Source: the human T2T-CHM13v2.0 reference genome, Homo sapiens | Direction: 5' to 3' (one strand) | Assembly (NCBI RefSeq): GCF_009914755.1 | Contig: NC_060928.1 | DNA: 64,000 bases | Made by a program: the position numbers and the translations under genes | Notes under the pieces: generated by a model | Databases searched by the model: none | The model's input: the letters and a program-made list of their open reading frames with translations, nothing else | Told to the model about the DNA's origin: nothing | Shown: positions 41,947 to 55,139 of the stretch, in pieces | How the letters are laid out: the number at the start of each line of letters is the position of its first letter | How positions within the stretch are numbered: the first letter of the stretch is position 1

Positions 41947-42649
41947 ACAGAGTTGATATGCAACAAACTAGATAACTTAGATTAAAAAATCTAAGAATCT
42001 CTAAATAAATGGAGATATAGTCTGAGATTATGGATTGTAAAACTCAATATTATTAAGCTGTCATTTTTTTCCCAATTTGATCAATGGATTCAATTCAAAC
42101 CTGGTAAAAATCCCTACAAAAACTTTGGCAAATGCAGACAAAATGATTCTAAAGATGATATGAGAAGAAGAAAGGCATAGTATAGCCAACAGAAAACCAA
42201 AGAAGAACAAAGTTAGAAGACCCATACTCCTATAAAGTTATGTCAATCAAGGCAGCATGGTATTGGTAAAAAAAAAAAAAAGACATATAGAGCAAGACAA
42301 CAGAGTTGATAGGTGAAAAACTAGAAAATTCTGATTAAAACATCTAAGAATCTCTAAATAAATGGAGATATAGATAGTCTGAGATTATGGATTGTAAAAC
42401 TCAATATTATTAAGCTGTCATATTTTCCCAGTTTGATCAATTCAACCCTGGTAAAAATCCCTGTAAAATCTTTGTCAGATGCAGAGAAAATGATTCTAAA
42501 GATTATATGAGAAGATGAAAGGCATAGTATGGCCAACATAAAACTGAAGAAGAGCAAAGTCAGAAGACCCACACTCTTACAAAGTTATGTCAATCAAGGC
42601 AGCATGGTATTGGTAAACAAAAATAAGACATATAGAACAAGACAACAGA
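41947..42649 (+). repeat. Tandem duplication (two copies, period 353 bp) within L1 ORF2
   Basis: 'acagagttgata' at 41947 and 42300; long shared blocks 'atctaagaatctctaaataaatggagatatag' and 'aaagttatgtcaatcaaggcagcatggtattggtaaa'. Confidence 0.96.
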
Positions 42650-44445
42650 AAAGGAAACTCAGAAATAAATGCACACAAATATAACAACTGATTTTTGACA
42701 AAAACACAAAGGCAGTTCATTGGATTTAGGATAGATTTTTAACAAATGGGTTAGTACAATTAGATATCCATTAGTTAAAAATAAACCTAGATACAGAGTT
42801 TACATCTTAAACAGAATTTGCAAAAAATTCAAAATGAATCATAGATCTAAATATAAAATGTAAATCTCTAAAACTTTCAAAATAAATTTTAGAAGAGCTG
42901 CGTAGCTTTTGGTTTGCAGATGAAGTTTGAAATGCAGCACTGAAAGCATGTTCAGTGAAAGAAATAAAAATTGATAAGCTGGACTTCACTAAAATTCAAA
43001 CCTTTTTCTCCGTGAAAGACACCATTAGGAGAATGAAACAAAGAAGCCACTGGAAGAAAATATTTGCTAAACATATATCTGAAGAGAACGTCTATCCAAA
43101 ATACACAGATAACTCTTAAAACCCAGCAACAAAAAAAAAAACTGAATTTTTTAAATGCACAAAATCTGAACAGACATTTCACCAAAGAAGATATAAAGAT
43201 ATAAAATAAAAATATAAATTATCAAAATACTTTTATTAAAAATTTAGATTAAAAGAACAATAAAACATTAGTACATACCTATTGGAATGGCTGAAATCTA
43301 AAATAATGAACATTGCTGCTGAAAATATGGAATAAAAAGCACTCTGAATCATTGCTGGCGGAAATGTATAGTGGTACGGACACTGGAAGAATTTTTGGCA
43401 GTTTTCTAAAAAAGTTAAACATAGTCTTATTATCCATTAATTATGTTCCCAAGTATTTACCAAACTGATCTGAAAATGCATGTCTACACAAAATCTTGCA
43501 TGGGAATGTTTATAGTAGCTTTATTAATCACCACTACAACTGGGAGTAAATAGGATGCCCCTACATAGGTGAACAGATAAACAAACTGTATTACTTACAT
43601 ATGATAAAACATTATTCTGCTATCAAAAAGAATGAGCTATAAAGCCATGCAAAGGTATGGATGAATCTCAAATGCATATGAAAATGCCATTCTGAAATAC
43701 TGGAAACTGTAATTGCATTTATGTGACATTCCAAAAGAGGAAAACCATAGAAATAGTAAATGGACAGTGGTTTTTATGGATTTAGAGGAGAAAGGTTTTA
43801 AAAGATGACTAAGAGGGGACTTTTTAGATCAGTGGAAGTGTTACATATGCTATTGTAATGATGGATAAATAACACTGTAGATTAGTCAAAATCTATAGAC
43901 TTTAAAGCATAAAGAATAAAACAATGTATTCAAAATTTACAAATTACTTAGTAGTTTGGGGAATTTAAGGATGAAATGCAGCCTATGAAAACAAAATCTT
44001 ACTGTATTAAACATGTATGAAACAACCTCACTAAAAGAAATGAAGAAAAATGTGTTGACCTAAAGAAATTCTGAAAGTAGTGGAGTCCTTAAGTCAGGAG
44101 TTAAAAAATTGTGCATAATCCTACTATTATTTATGGCATTGCTTCCCATGTTTATCCAGATTAACAGTTTTCAAATCATATAACTGAGCAACAAGGCAAA
44201 TGAAATGCAGATGGTGGAAGCCAGCCTTATCATGTTGACGTGAAGGTTGCAAGTCAGCAAGGGAGAAGGCTGCATTGAATCACGTGATCATACACTACAG
44301 TTGGAGACATTATAAATCATGTTTAGTTTAATGTAGATACAAATGGTAATAAATAGAAATATTTATGGACTTGTATATAAACAGGCTAGTGTACATATAC
44401 ATATATATATAAATGTTATATGTGTGTGTGTATATATATATATAT

Positions 44446-44845
44446 ATCATGATTAATACTGAGTGTCAACTTGATTGGATTGAAGGATACAAAGTATTGT
44501 TTCTGAGTGTGTCTGTAAGGGTGTTGCCAAAGGAGATTAACATTTAAGTCAGTAGGCTGGGAAAGGCAGACCCACCTTTAATCTGGGTGGGCACCATTTA
44601 ATCAGCTGCCAGTCCTGCTAGAAAATAAAGCAGGCAGAAAAAATTTGAAAAGACTAGACTGGCCTTGCCTCCCAGCCTACATCTTTCTCCTGTACTGGAT
44701 GCTTCCTGCTGTCAAACATTGAACTCCAAATTCTTCAGTTTTGGGACTTGAACTGGCTTGCCTTGCTCCTCGGCTTGCAGACAGCCTATTGTGGAACCTT
44801 GTGATCACGTGAGTTAATACTTAATAAACACCCACATATATATAT
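44446..44845 (+). mobile_element. MLT2A1/MLT2A2 LTR (HERV-L), 3' end missing
   Basis: 'ttaatactgagtgtcaacttgattggattgaagg...ggcagacccacctttaatctgggtgggcacc...gcctcccagcctacatctttctcc...gtgagttaatacttaataaac'. Confidence 0.93.
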
Positions 44846-44914
44846 TTGAATTGTAGTTAAACAAACAAATAAAAAAACTCAAAAAGAAACCTCTCATGTG
44901 AGAAATAGAGAAAA

Positions 44915-45047
44915 TTCCTCTCTCTCTCTTTTCTGTCTCTCCCTCTCTTTCTCTCTCTCTCTCTCTATATATATACACATATATTAGTATATGTATATAT
45001 ATATTCTAGTGTGTGTGTATATATAAACTAGAATATATATATACTAG
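44915..45047. repeat. (TC)n/(TA)n simple repeats with an 18-bp perfect inverted repeat
   Basis: gtatatatatattctagt (44993-45010) = rc of actagaatatatatatac (45027-45044). Confidence 0.9.
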
Positions 45048-45899
45048 TTTAGTGACTGTATACATAATACCTTTGACCAAATGTGGAGAACCAAGGAACA
45101 TAATGAAGCTCGTTGGTCACTCCAAAGTTCAGGGGACAAAGTGATGAAAGAAAATGATGAACTCAGGGATTCTGTCTCCCAGCTTCAGAAGCAGACACTG
45201 AGCCTCAAATCTCCTAAGATTGCCCTGGGTGAGAGTCTTATCTCCTGTAGAGAAAGAGCTGAAATTGAAATTGTGGATAAACAGACACAAGCTCTTATCA
45301 TGGGAGTGGCTGACCTGCAAGGAAGGGTGAATGCACAGCTTCATCAGGTGTCTACTGTTAAAGTGAGGGATTGGAAAAGAATGGGACCCTACAACTTGGA
45401 ATGTGGAACTGTGGGGAGGACCCTAATTAAGCTGTGGACACTGAGTTTGTAAACTCTCATGAACCTTTTTTGCCAGAATAAACAGCTTCCCCATCCCCCA
45501 GTACTGGCAACATCTCCTTTCCAACCCATGCTGCCATCAGCCTTTCCACCTTTGTCTGGGGAGATAAACCCTGTGCTGCCTGAGGAAACAGTAATGGCCT
45601 CCTTGAGGCAGTTGCCTGGCAAGATAATGTTGACTCTCTTCAGGAGCCGCCCCCAATACTTCTAGACCTATAACTAAAGTCCCCGAGGTCCTCTAGAGGT
45701 GAGGTTGAGAGTGCGACCCATAAGGAGTGCATTACACTAGAAAAGAACTGCTTGAGATTTCTAATTTACCTAAGCAGAAATCTGGAGAACAGGCATGAGA
45801 ATGGATATTAAGGGGGTGGGATAATGGTGGAAGGAACATAGAGTTGGATCAGGCTGAATTTATTGATTTGGGCCCACTAAGCAGGAACTCTGCATTTAA
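45048..45899 (+). mobile_element. HERV-L internal gag fragment, disabled
   Basis: ORF 45081-45452 'DKVMKENDELRDS..ALGESLISCRERAEI..KQTQALIMGVADLQ..VSTVKVR' is HERV-L Gag-like; downstream 'gaatggatattaaggg..tgggataatggtggaaggaacatagagttggatcaggctgaatttattgat'. Confidence 0.88.
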
Positions 45900-46780
<881 letters not shown>

Positions 46781-48112
46781 AAAGATGACCACTCTCCATT
46801 TTAGAACAAATTGTGATATTTAGATTACACATTTTTTTCAAGGTTTCATCTTCCTTTTTCTTATTTTACTTTAGAAATTTTATACATAAAGGTGAGTAAA
46901 TGTGAAAGAGAAAGATCATGAAACATTTGACTCAAACACAATATGCATTTACAATGGGGTATATAATTTGAGCCTTGTTTCATAATAAAATATTTTGATA
47001 AAATAATATATTAAGATATCCTAAAAATAAATTATCTGGACATCGTCACTTCAAAGTCATTTCAGCAGAACTGTTAATCATGGACTTGGACTGCAAATTC
47101 TTTAAAAATAGTCTTCTGATTTATGTTTAAATATCTTCATTGATGTGGATATGACTTCTTCTTGAGTTAGTTCTCTTATGTTTGAATGTATGTTACTATT
47201 ACATACACAATGCTCCCTTACAAAGAGCCAAAATCTATATTCTCTGACTTCTATCAATTGGTCACAGAGATATAACATTATGCAGACGAACTTAATCTCC
47301 TCTATCTGTGACTACTCTTAAAAATGTGTAAAGTTCCCTGCCCTCATTGAAATTTTTCTTCTCCATGCTAATAAGTATGAAGTTTCTTCTATCATTTCTT
47401 CTAGTTCCAAGTTTCTTTATCTTATACTATCCGAGTCTTTTTTTCACCTTAAATGACTTTTCCTATCCTGTTCGGCTGCTCTACTGAATAAAAGGACTGA
47501 TTTTTGTAATCCAGCTCATTATCTCATTTTCTGTCAGATTCTTTGTACCAGGCATTTTCCCCTATGTCAAGAAAAAAAAAATTTGAGATCATCAGGTAAT
47601 ATTTCTGGCAAGAACTGGTAAGAACTAGTTTATAGTTTAAAAGTTATATTGGCTTGATTGTTTATTTATATTTGAGGTGTACTGAATGTGAAATTTATTG
47701 GGACATGAGGAATCAGGTATCTTGCTTCTTTGATTGTCTGCATTACTTTCATTTAGCTCTGAAATGTGAAGCATGACATTTGTTAAACTCTGTCATTCAT
47801 TATATTATATGGAAAACCTAGGTGTTACCTTAACAAGCAGCATACACATCCCAGGGGAACGTTTGGTTACTAAAAAGGGAGTCCAGATTTTCAGTCTGTT
47901 GATCAGTTGGCTGCCATAGCTTGTTCCTTACAGAACTGAAAAGATCTGCCCAATTATAAAGAGTTCTACTAATATATCATTTAATGCTAAATTAGTCTTG
48001 ATAAGATTGGTTGTGAGTATTGACTCCAATTATTTACATATAGGAGGGTTTTTTAAAACTTTTTATCTATCTCTAAAGTTTATCTCCTCCTATACTGTAA
48101 AAGCAATTATGC

Positions 48113-48204
48113 CACCAATATGTACTATTTCTTCCCCCATGAATTCTAATTGCCCTTGGAGTGGGCATTAGAATCCATGGGGGTAGAAATAGTACCTATA
48201 GGTG
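48113..48204. repeat. Near-perfect inverted repeat (~43-bp arms, 7-nt loop)
   Basis: gtactatttcttcccccatgaattctaattgccc-ttggagt-gggcattagaatccatgggggtagaaatagtac, extending to cacc/ggtg. Confidence 0.93.
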
Positions 48205-48559
48205 TACTACATGTACTAGTACCTGTTTTTCCTTCATTTTCTTGACTATATAATGTAAATGAATGCTCAATTGCATTCCATTGATAGAATCCCTTGATTC
48301 AGCATATTCTATAGCCACTCCTTGATTTTTTTCACTCCTTGGATTCATGGGTTAAATCTTGCACTTATAAATGTTTTCCAACCTACTCAACTTTTTGCAG
48401 TCAGATTTCCACACATACATTAAAAAATAAAACCACCAAAAATGCATTTTTACTGGTTATCAACCAATATGTAAGTTTTAAAAATTAGACACTTTTCAAT
48501 TTTTTTATCTTATATGATTCGCCATGTATAGCTGCTATTCTTAACTCATTTTGCATTTT

Positions 48560-49682
48560 TCTTGAAGTTCTTAGTTTTAGAGATTTCCTTGGCAGTACTC
48601 TTCTCATTCTGCATTAATTCCTTCTCATTCTTAGCCAGGGTTACATTCATGCAAAGTTATGCACATGATCCTCTTTGTTCACGTTCTGTATGTTCGTACA
48701 AGTGATCTTATCCAATTAGATGCTGTTTAATTCTACTTCCCTCCGATGAGTTTTCAAAAAACACCTTCAGTCTTAAACTGTTCCCTTATTTTAATTCACT
48801 GGCATCAGCATTCACTGAGTTTTCCAGTTGGCAACTCGGCAATTTTGCTCCACTCCCTTATCTTAGACATCAGAATCTCTCTATTCTAGCCCCTAAATAG
48901 ATTTCAAACTTGCCACCGTATCTGTATTTCTCTAACCATTCTCCTATGTTCCCCATTTTATTTTATTTTCTAGACTAGAAATATTCTTCAACACAGTTTT
49001 ACCCTGTTGAAATTTTCCCCAGTCTTGTAGACAAAACATACTTATCATCAATGCTATTCTCAAGCTGAAAGTCAGACATGAGACCTTCTTAGTTATGATA
49101 ATTTACTGAGGTTTCTATGACAACACAGAAAGTTTTAATTCTGATAGTGGAATTAAAAATAGTAATAAGGTAAGGCTTTGACCTTTTTCACCAGTCTCTT
49201 TCTACCGTTCCCTCTGTATGCTCTGTACTACTGACACGTCTCTCTCCAAATATTGTCTTGTTTAGGACACCTCAAATCCTTTGCAAATGTTGTTCCTCTA
49301 TCTATATGCTCCCATACAGCCAACATTTCTCAATTTCAATTTCCTATTCATTCTTCAAAACATGACTCAACTATCACTGGCTCTTTGAAGCTTCTGCTCT
49401 CTCTCTCTATTTCTATTTATCTTTTTTTCTCTGTCTCTCCTCTTCTCTCTACCTTCCCCTTTCTTTCTCTGAGGGAAATGTCGGTTATGTTTTTTTTTCA
49501 ACAGTATTTTTGTAGAACATTTTTAACATATCATATCATATTGCAATAATTACATAAACTGTAAGTGTCTCAGAACAAGGACCACCCAAGACCCTTTTGC
49601 AACACAATAATATAGCACATTTATTTTTGGGCACATGGTATAATCCAATAGTTTTTTTAAATAAATGAATGCCTGAATAAAT
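48560..49682 (+). mobile_element. L2 LINE 3' region, highly degraded
   Basis: 'cctttgcaaatgttgttcctctatctatatgctccc', 'aaactgtaagtgtctcagaacaaggacc', terminal 'taaatgaatgcctgaataaa'. Confidence 0.5.
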
Positions 49683-52446
49683 TCAGTATCCCTACACTTG
49701 TGAAATTGGATACCCATTAGGTAAAGGTCAGATTCTAGATATAATCTGTAAGTGCAGTCTAGAAAGTCATTACATGTTTAAGACATATGGAAATGCAACA
49801 GTAGATGTAGCACCATTTTATCCACATGTATCAAAACGTTTTATTTTGGTCAAATTAAGATACATATACTTTTCTTAAACAAAAATGTATCAGTAGAGCC
49901 AAATATTTTATGAAGCAATTTTTCTAACAGGAAAGAAAGATCAACCCGACAGTACAAATGATGCTACCTTTCTTGTTTCTATAGCAGGAAGGCTGAAGTT
50001 TGATCTAAATAAGGCCATCAGTTGGTCTAAGTGATAGATAAATTTTGCTGTAAATATAAGCATGTGAGCCATACATTCAATAATCCACCATCATATTTAA
50101 ACATCAAACTGACCCTTAAGAAAATTAAGCAAAGCATTTGGATTGTGATCTTGTAAATTTAAAAAAAATGGTCAAATCCTTCACAGTAGCAAGCACACTG
50201 TGTATAATACTGCAGCCATCAAGTTGGCCAATAAAAAACCTGGGAGACCACCTGTATTCTTTCTCATTTTCTATACTAACATTCTGTTTGCCACTATATC
50301 ACATCAATTCTGGCTTTTTATATCTCTCATCTGGTCACTATGTTTCCTGCTATGGTGTGGCACCAACATCCATTATTTAGGCGATTACAATAGTCAGTTA
50401 ATTAATACTATTACCTCCATTTTACCCACCACCAAACGACATAACTTGTCACTCTAACCTGTAGTCTCTTTAATAATTTACTGAACTTCTAGAGAAACAA
50501 TCATTCTAGACAAACTATGCTGGTGCAATGGTGGCTGTTGAGGAGAACTGAGGAGAACTCAGTGGGCCGAAGCACCATTAGAAATTTCTACTATATTTCA
50601 TATATTTAGGTCAAATGACATTCCTCTTCCTGAGACTCTTCAAGCAGAGTCGAGTGAACCGTCATCCACAGCATCTTACCATAACATGTTATTTTTTAAC
50701 TTAAATGTCATTTTTTGTTTGTCAATCAAACAATATTGTTATTTCAGAAAGAGTATTTTACACTTATAAATTTTTCATTTCACTTCTCAACTTTTATAAT
50801 TGTACATGTTTTCTCCTTTGTTAAATATGCACAGTCAGCATGAGGAAAATCCCTGATTTGACATGCTTTGTGCATTTTTACCACAACTGATCTTCATTTG
50901 GATGGCAAAAATTAATATTATATTCAGGCAGAGGAATTTAGAATATATATTATTCTAAAGAAGAAGCCCTCTTTTTTTTTTAGAAATCAAGAATATATGT
51001 AAACTGTAAATCTTTGAAACATACTAGCAAAGGTAATCCATTCACTCACTATTTTTACTCATTAGTTTTCAAAGCCTTGTAATACACAGCATGCTAAGAT
51101 CTCCAGGGATACAAAAGAACTGAGTCAGAAATATTTTGAATAGATAAAGAAATAACTGGCTGCTCTTCTTCAAGAGGAAAGACTAAAATTCATTCAAAGA
51201 TCATAGCTAACACAACTCTTTCCTGGTGGATTCTGGGGGGCTACAGAGTTATAAATTAAAAAAGATAATCAGCATCATGGCAAATACTCTTGAAGAAGGA
51301 CCTGTCTCCTAGGGAGTAAAAAGCCAAAAGGTAATATGGAGGTGATTAGAGACTAATTTAAATTAGCAACCTGAGCAGAGTAAGGAGAGATTTTAATTCA
51401 ACTGAAACTCATGGTCCTGTTCACTGCCAGGCTTAGCAAATCTTAGGTAACAAAGAAAATAAGTTCAAGCTTCAAATAAGCAAAGCAGAAAAAAAAAAAA
51501 AAACCTGCCATATTTGGTTTTACTAGATGAGGCCCTCTGCAAAAGAGTTATACATACAAAGCATTTAGAATTCCATTTGTTATAAAATTAGGATAGGTCA
51601 AAATGATATTCTCCTTGCCCTAGAGAAGAATACAGTCTAATAGAAGATAGGGCTATGTATAGAACAATGACAATGTAATCTGCTATGTGTAAAATCGAGT
51701 TACTAAAAATGCTTTGGTAGCAGAGATAATAGACCAGTGTATTAATTTTCACCAAATTACTCAAACTGTTCAAAGTTTTATTAATCCTTGGGATCATTTA
51801 AAATTTTCATCCTGATAGACACAAACTGATTGTTCAGATATCTCATTAAACAGTCTTTTTCTCTAAGAAAAATCTTTTTTATAGATACTGACTCACCATA
51901 ATTAAACAGAATTTCCTCATAATGAACTACATTATGTTCTGTTAAGTGACTTTCTACCTTAAAAATAAATTTATGAGAGGAAACAGTCATTTGAAATGTA
52001 ATGATAGCCTCTTTCTGATATTTAATTGGGAATTTATCTTTTTAGCTTGCGATGTGAGTAGTTTCCTTGAGACGGTATTTGTATCTTTAAATACATTTTA
52101 AAAATCAATACCCTTTCACTGTAAATTCTGCTTAGATTATTTATGTTAAATCAATAATACCTGTATATTATTTTTACTAGATTGATATAAAATAGCTTCT
52201 AATATTCACACTTTAATTTGGGTTGTTTGAGTTCTAATTTCTTGTGAAAACCCTATAATTTTTCATTCTTTCTTTTAAATAATGCCACTTTGTTGGTATT
52301 TCCAGTCTGTGCTTCCATTTCCATGAGTTATCTTGAGTGAAGACTGCTTACTCTTCAGTCAAGAGCAAGCTCTTTGCTCATGGAGCCATTCTCAAGGAAC
52401 TTAAAAAAAAAAGCTGCTGTTAAAATATGAGGCAAATAATATTTCT

Positions 52447-52757
<311 letters not shown>

Positions 52758-53519
52758 GCAAATAATATTTCTAAATGTAATGAGAGAAAATGGAAAACGA
52801 TGACTTTTAGTTAACCTTTATTTTTAGCATTATAAAAACCTCTATAGATGATTAAGAAAGTAAAACTTATCAACACTTGATTTACAAATATGAAGAGTAA
52901 TGCTATTTTTTAAAATGCTTACAAATTTAAAATATTTAATATATTTACTTGTACCATTTCTGGTATAACTTGTCTATACAATTTTAATCTTGTATCCTAA
53001 AAGCATTGTCAGAGGTCCATTGGATTGTCCACATTTTATGTGTATAAACTTTGATTGAAGCATCTTAGGTTTCTAACATATTTCTTACAACCCGATTCCA
53101 GAAGCTACTAATTTCCTGTCTCTAAAGGCCCGCTTTTTGAATATTAACCTAACTTTCTAATGACTTGCAATATTTCTTCTATGTGTTGATTAAACTGATA
53201 AATGGCTATTTTCTTATTCACCATTCAAAAGCCACTTTTTCTGCACAAAATGTAATTTCCAATCAGATATCATTAAATAAATATTTACAAAGGTAGTACA
53301 AGACTACTTACCAACTTACCAATAAAAAAGGAGATAAAATAAACTAAAAAACATATATATTTTCAGTGTCTCATACCACAGTTTATATCATAGAATTATT
53401 ATAATGCCTTCCTAGGGCATTATGCAAACAGATGACTTGATAAAGCTAGTGTGAGAAACTTTCATGTTGTTATAATATTTCCAATGTCATCAGCTTCATA
53501 CATTATAACTTAAGTAATA

Positions 53520-54122
53520 GCACTGTTTGTGGGAATGTAAATTAGTTAAACCACTGTGCAAAGCAGATTGGAGACTTCTCAAAGAACTTAAAACAAAACT
53601 ACCATTTGACCCAGCAATCTCATTATTGGGTATATACCCAAAGGAATATAAAGGTTTTATCAAAATGATAACGCACCCACATGTTCATTGCAGCACTATT
53701 CACAATAGCAGGGACATGAATTCAACCTGGATGTCCATCAACAGTGGAGAGGATAAAGAAAATATGATACATATATGCCATGGAATAGTCCATAAGAAAA
53801 AAAGGAAAAAAAAATCTCATTTGCAGCAACCTGGATGCAGCTGGAGGCCATTATTTTAAGCAAGTTAACACAGGATCAGAAAACCAAATGCCTCTTGTCC
53901 TCACTTGAAAGTGGAAACTAAACATTGAGTACACATGGACAGAAAGATGGGAATAACAGACACCAAGGCCTACCTGAGGGGAGAGAATGAGGGTCAGAAA
54001 ACGACCTAAAGGGTACTATGTTCACTACCTGGGCAACAATATTATTTACCCATATAACAAATCTGCACATGTTCTCCCTGAGCCAAAAATAAAAGTTGAG
54101 AAAAGAAAAAAAAAAAAAAAAG
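53520..54122 (+). mobile_element. L1PA16/L1PB-like 3' end
   Basis: ORF2 C-terminal remnant 'WECKLVKPLCK..WRLLKELKTKLPFDPAISLLGIYPKEYK', 3' UTR and A-tail. Confidence 0.9.
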
Positions 54123-54439
54123 GGAGAAAGTAAACACAGAATTGATGAGCGATGGAGAAATATGTTTAACAGTGGAGGAAAAGCACCAAAGCATAATTTC
54201 AACAATGCAATCAGTTTTAAAGGCTAAGAAACAAAATTTGTTAACAAGATATTACTTTACATTCATTGACTTATTAACTCTCCAACTACCTGTGAGGAAG
54301 GTGTAACCTAACATCACACGAGCTACAAAATGGCATAGAAAGAATTCAAGCCTTTTTTCAGTCTAATGTTCCTTTAATTATTTATATTAACTTATAATTT
54401 ATTTTAACATACTCCACAAATTCTATTTGCTTTATCATT

Positions 54440-54815
54440 TTGTTTTCTTATTTTAACTTGTGGTAAAACAATTCTAGATTTACCCTCTTAAAAATTTCAG
54501 TTCACAGTACAATATTGTTAAGTATAGGCACAATGTTGTATGGTTAATCTCTAGAATTTATCATCTTACATATCTGAAACGTCATATCTTTTGAACAACT
54601 GACTTCCATTTCCCTTTCCTGCAATCCCTAGCAAGAACGATTATCCCCTCTGTTTCCATGAGTTTGACTACATATGATACCTCATATAAGCGAAACAGTG
54701 GAGTTATTTTTCTTCTGTTAATGGCTTATCTCACATTTCACTTAGCATAAAGTCCTCTATGTTCATTCTCATCTTGTCACATATGATAGAATTTTGTTAT
54801 TTTTAAAGAGAAAAT
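54440..54815 (-). mobile_element. L1MA/MB 3' UTR end
   Basis: 'agatttaccctcttaaaaatttcagttcacagtacaatattgttaagtataggcacaatgttgta', 'tctgtttccatgagtttgact'. Confidence 0.8.
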
Positions 54816-54825
54816 GATTTGCCAA

Positions 54826-55130
54826 TTTATTTTAAATATTATATTTTAATACATAATATTTATATTTTAATATATATTTAATATATAATATTTATATTTT
54901 AAATATTGTAAAATATAAATATGTATTTATAATATGTGATATGTATATTAAATATTTAATATAAATTATAATATGTAATTCAATATAAATTATATTACAT
55001 ATAATATAAGGCATATATTATATTTATATTGAATTATATTGTATAATATGCATATTTTATATATGATATATAATTATATTAGCACATATAATTATATAAC
55101 ATATAATTTTGTATATTTATACATAATACA
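54826..55130. repeat. Extremely AT-rich low-complexity island
   Basis: Almost only A/T with irregular TA repeats. Confidence 0.92.
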
Positions 55131-55139
55131 ATTTTCTCT

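Larger units (their letters stand above)
33200..44400 (+). mobile_element. Old L1MC (L1MC3-like): ORF1 end, ORF2 and part of the 3' UTR, fragmented by nested insertions
   Basis: A-rich ORF1/ORF2-like sequence at 33200-34125, 37052-37187 and 39295-43600 (e.g. 'gttggagatgtggagacttcaacac', 'gggtttattccaggtatgcaatgctggttc', 'aacagacatttcaccaaagaagatata'); L1MC 3' UTR 'tgtatgaaacaacctcact'. Confidence 0.8.
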
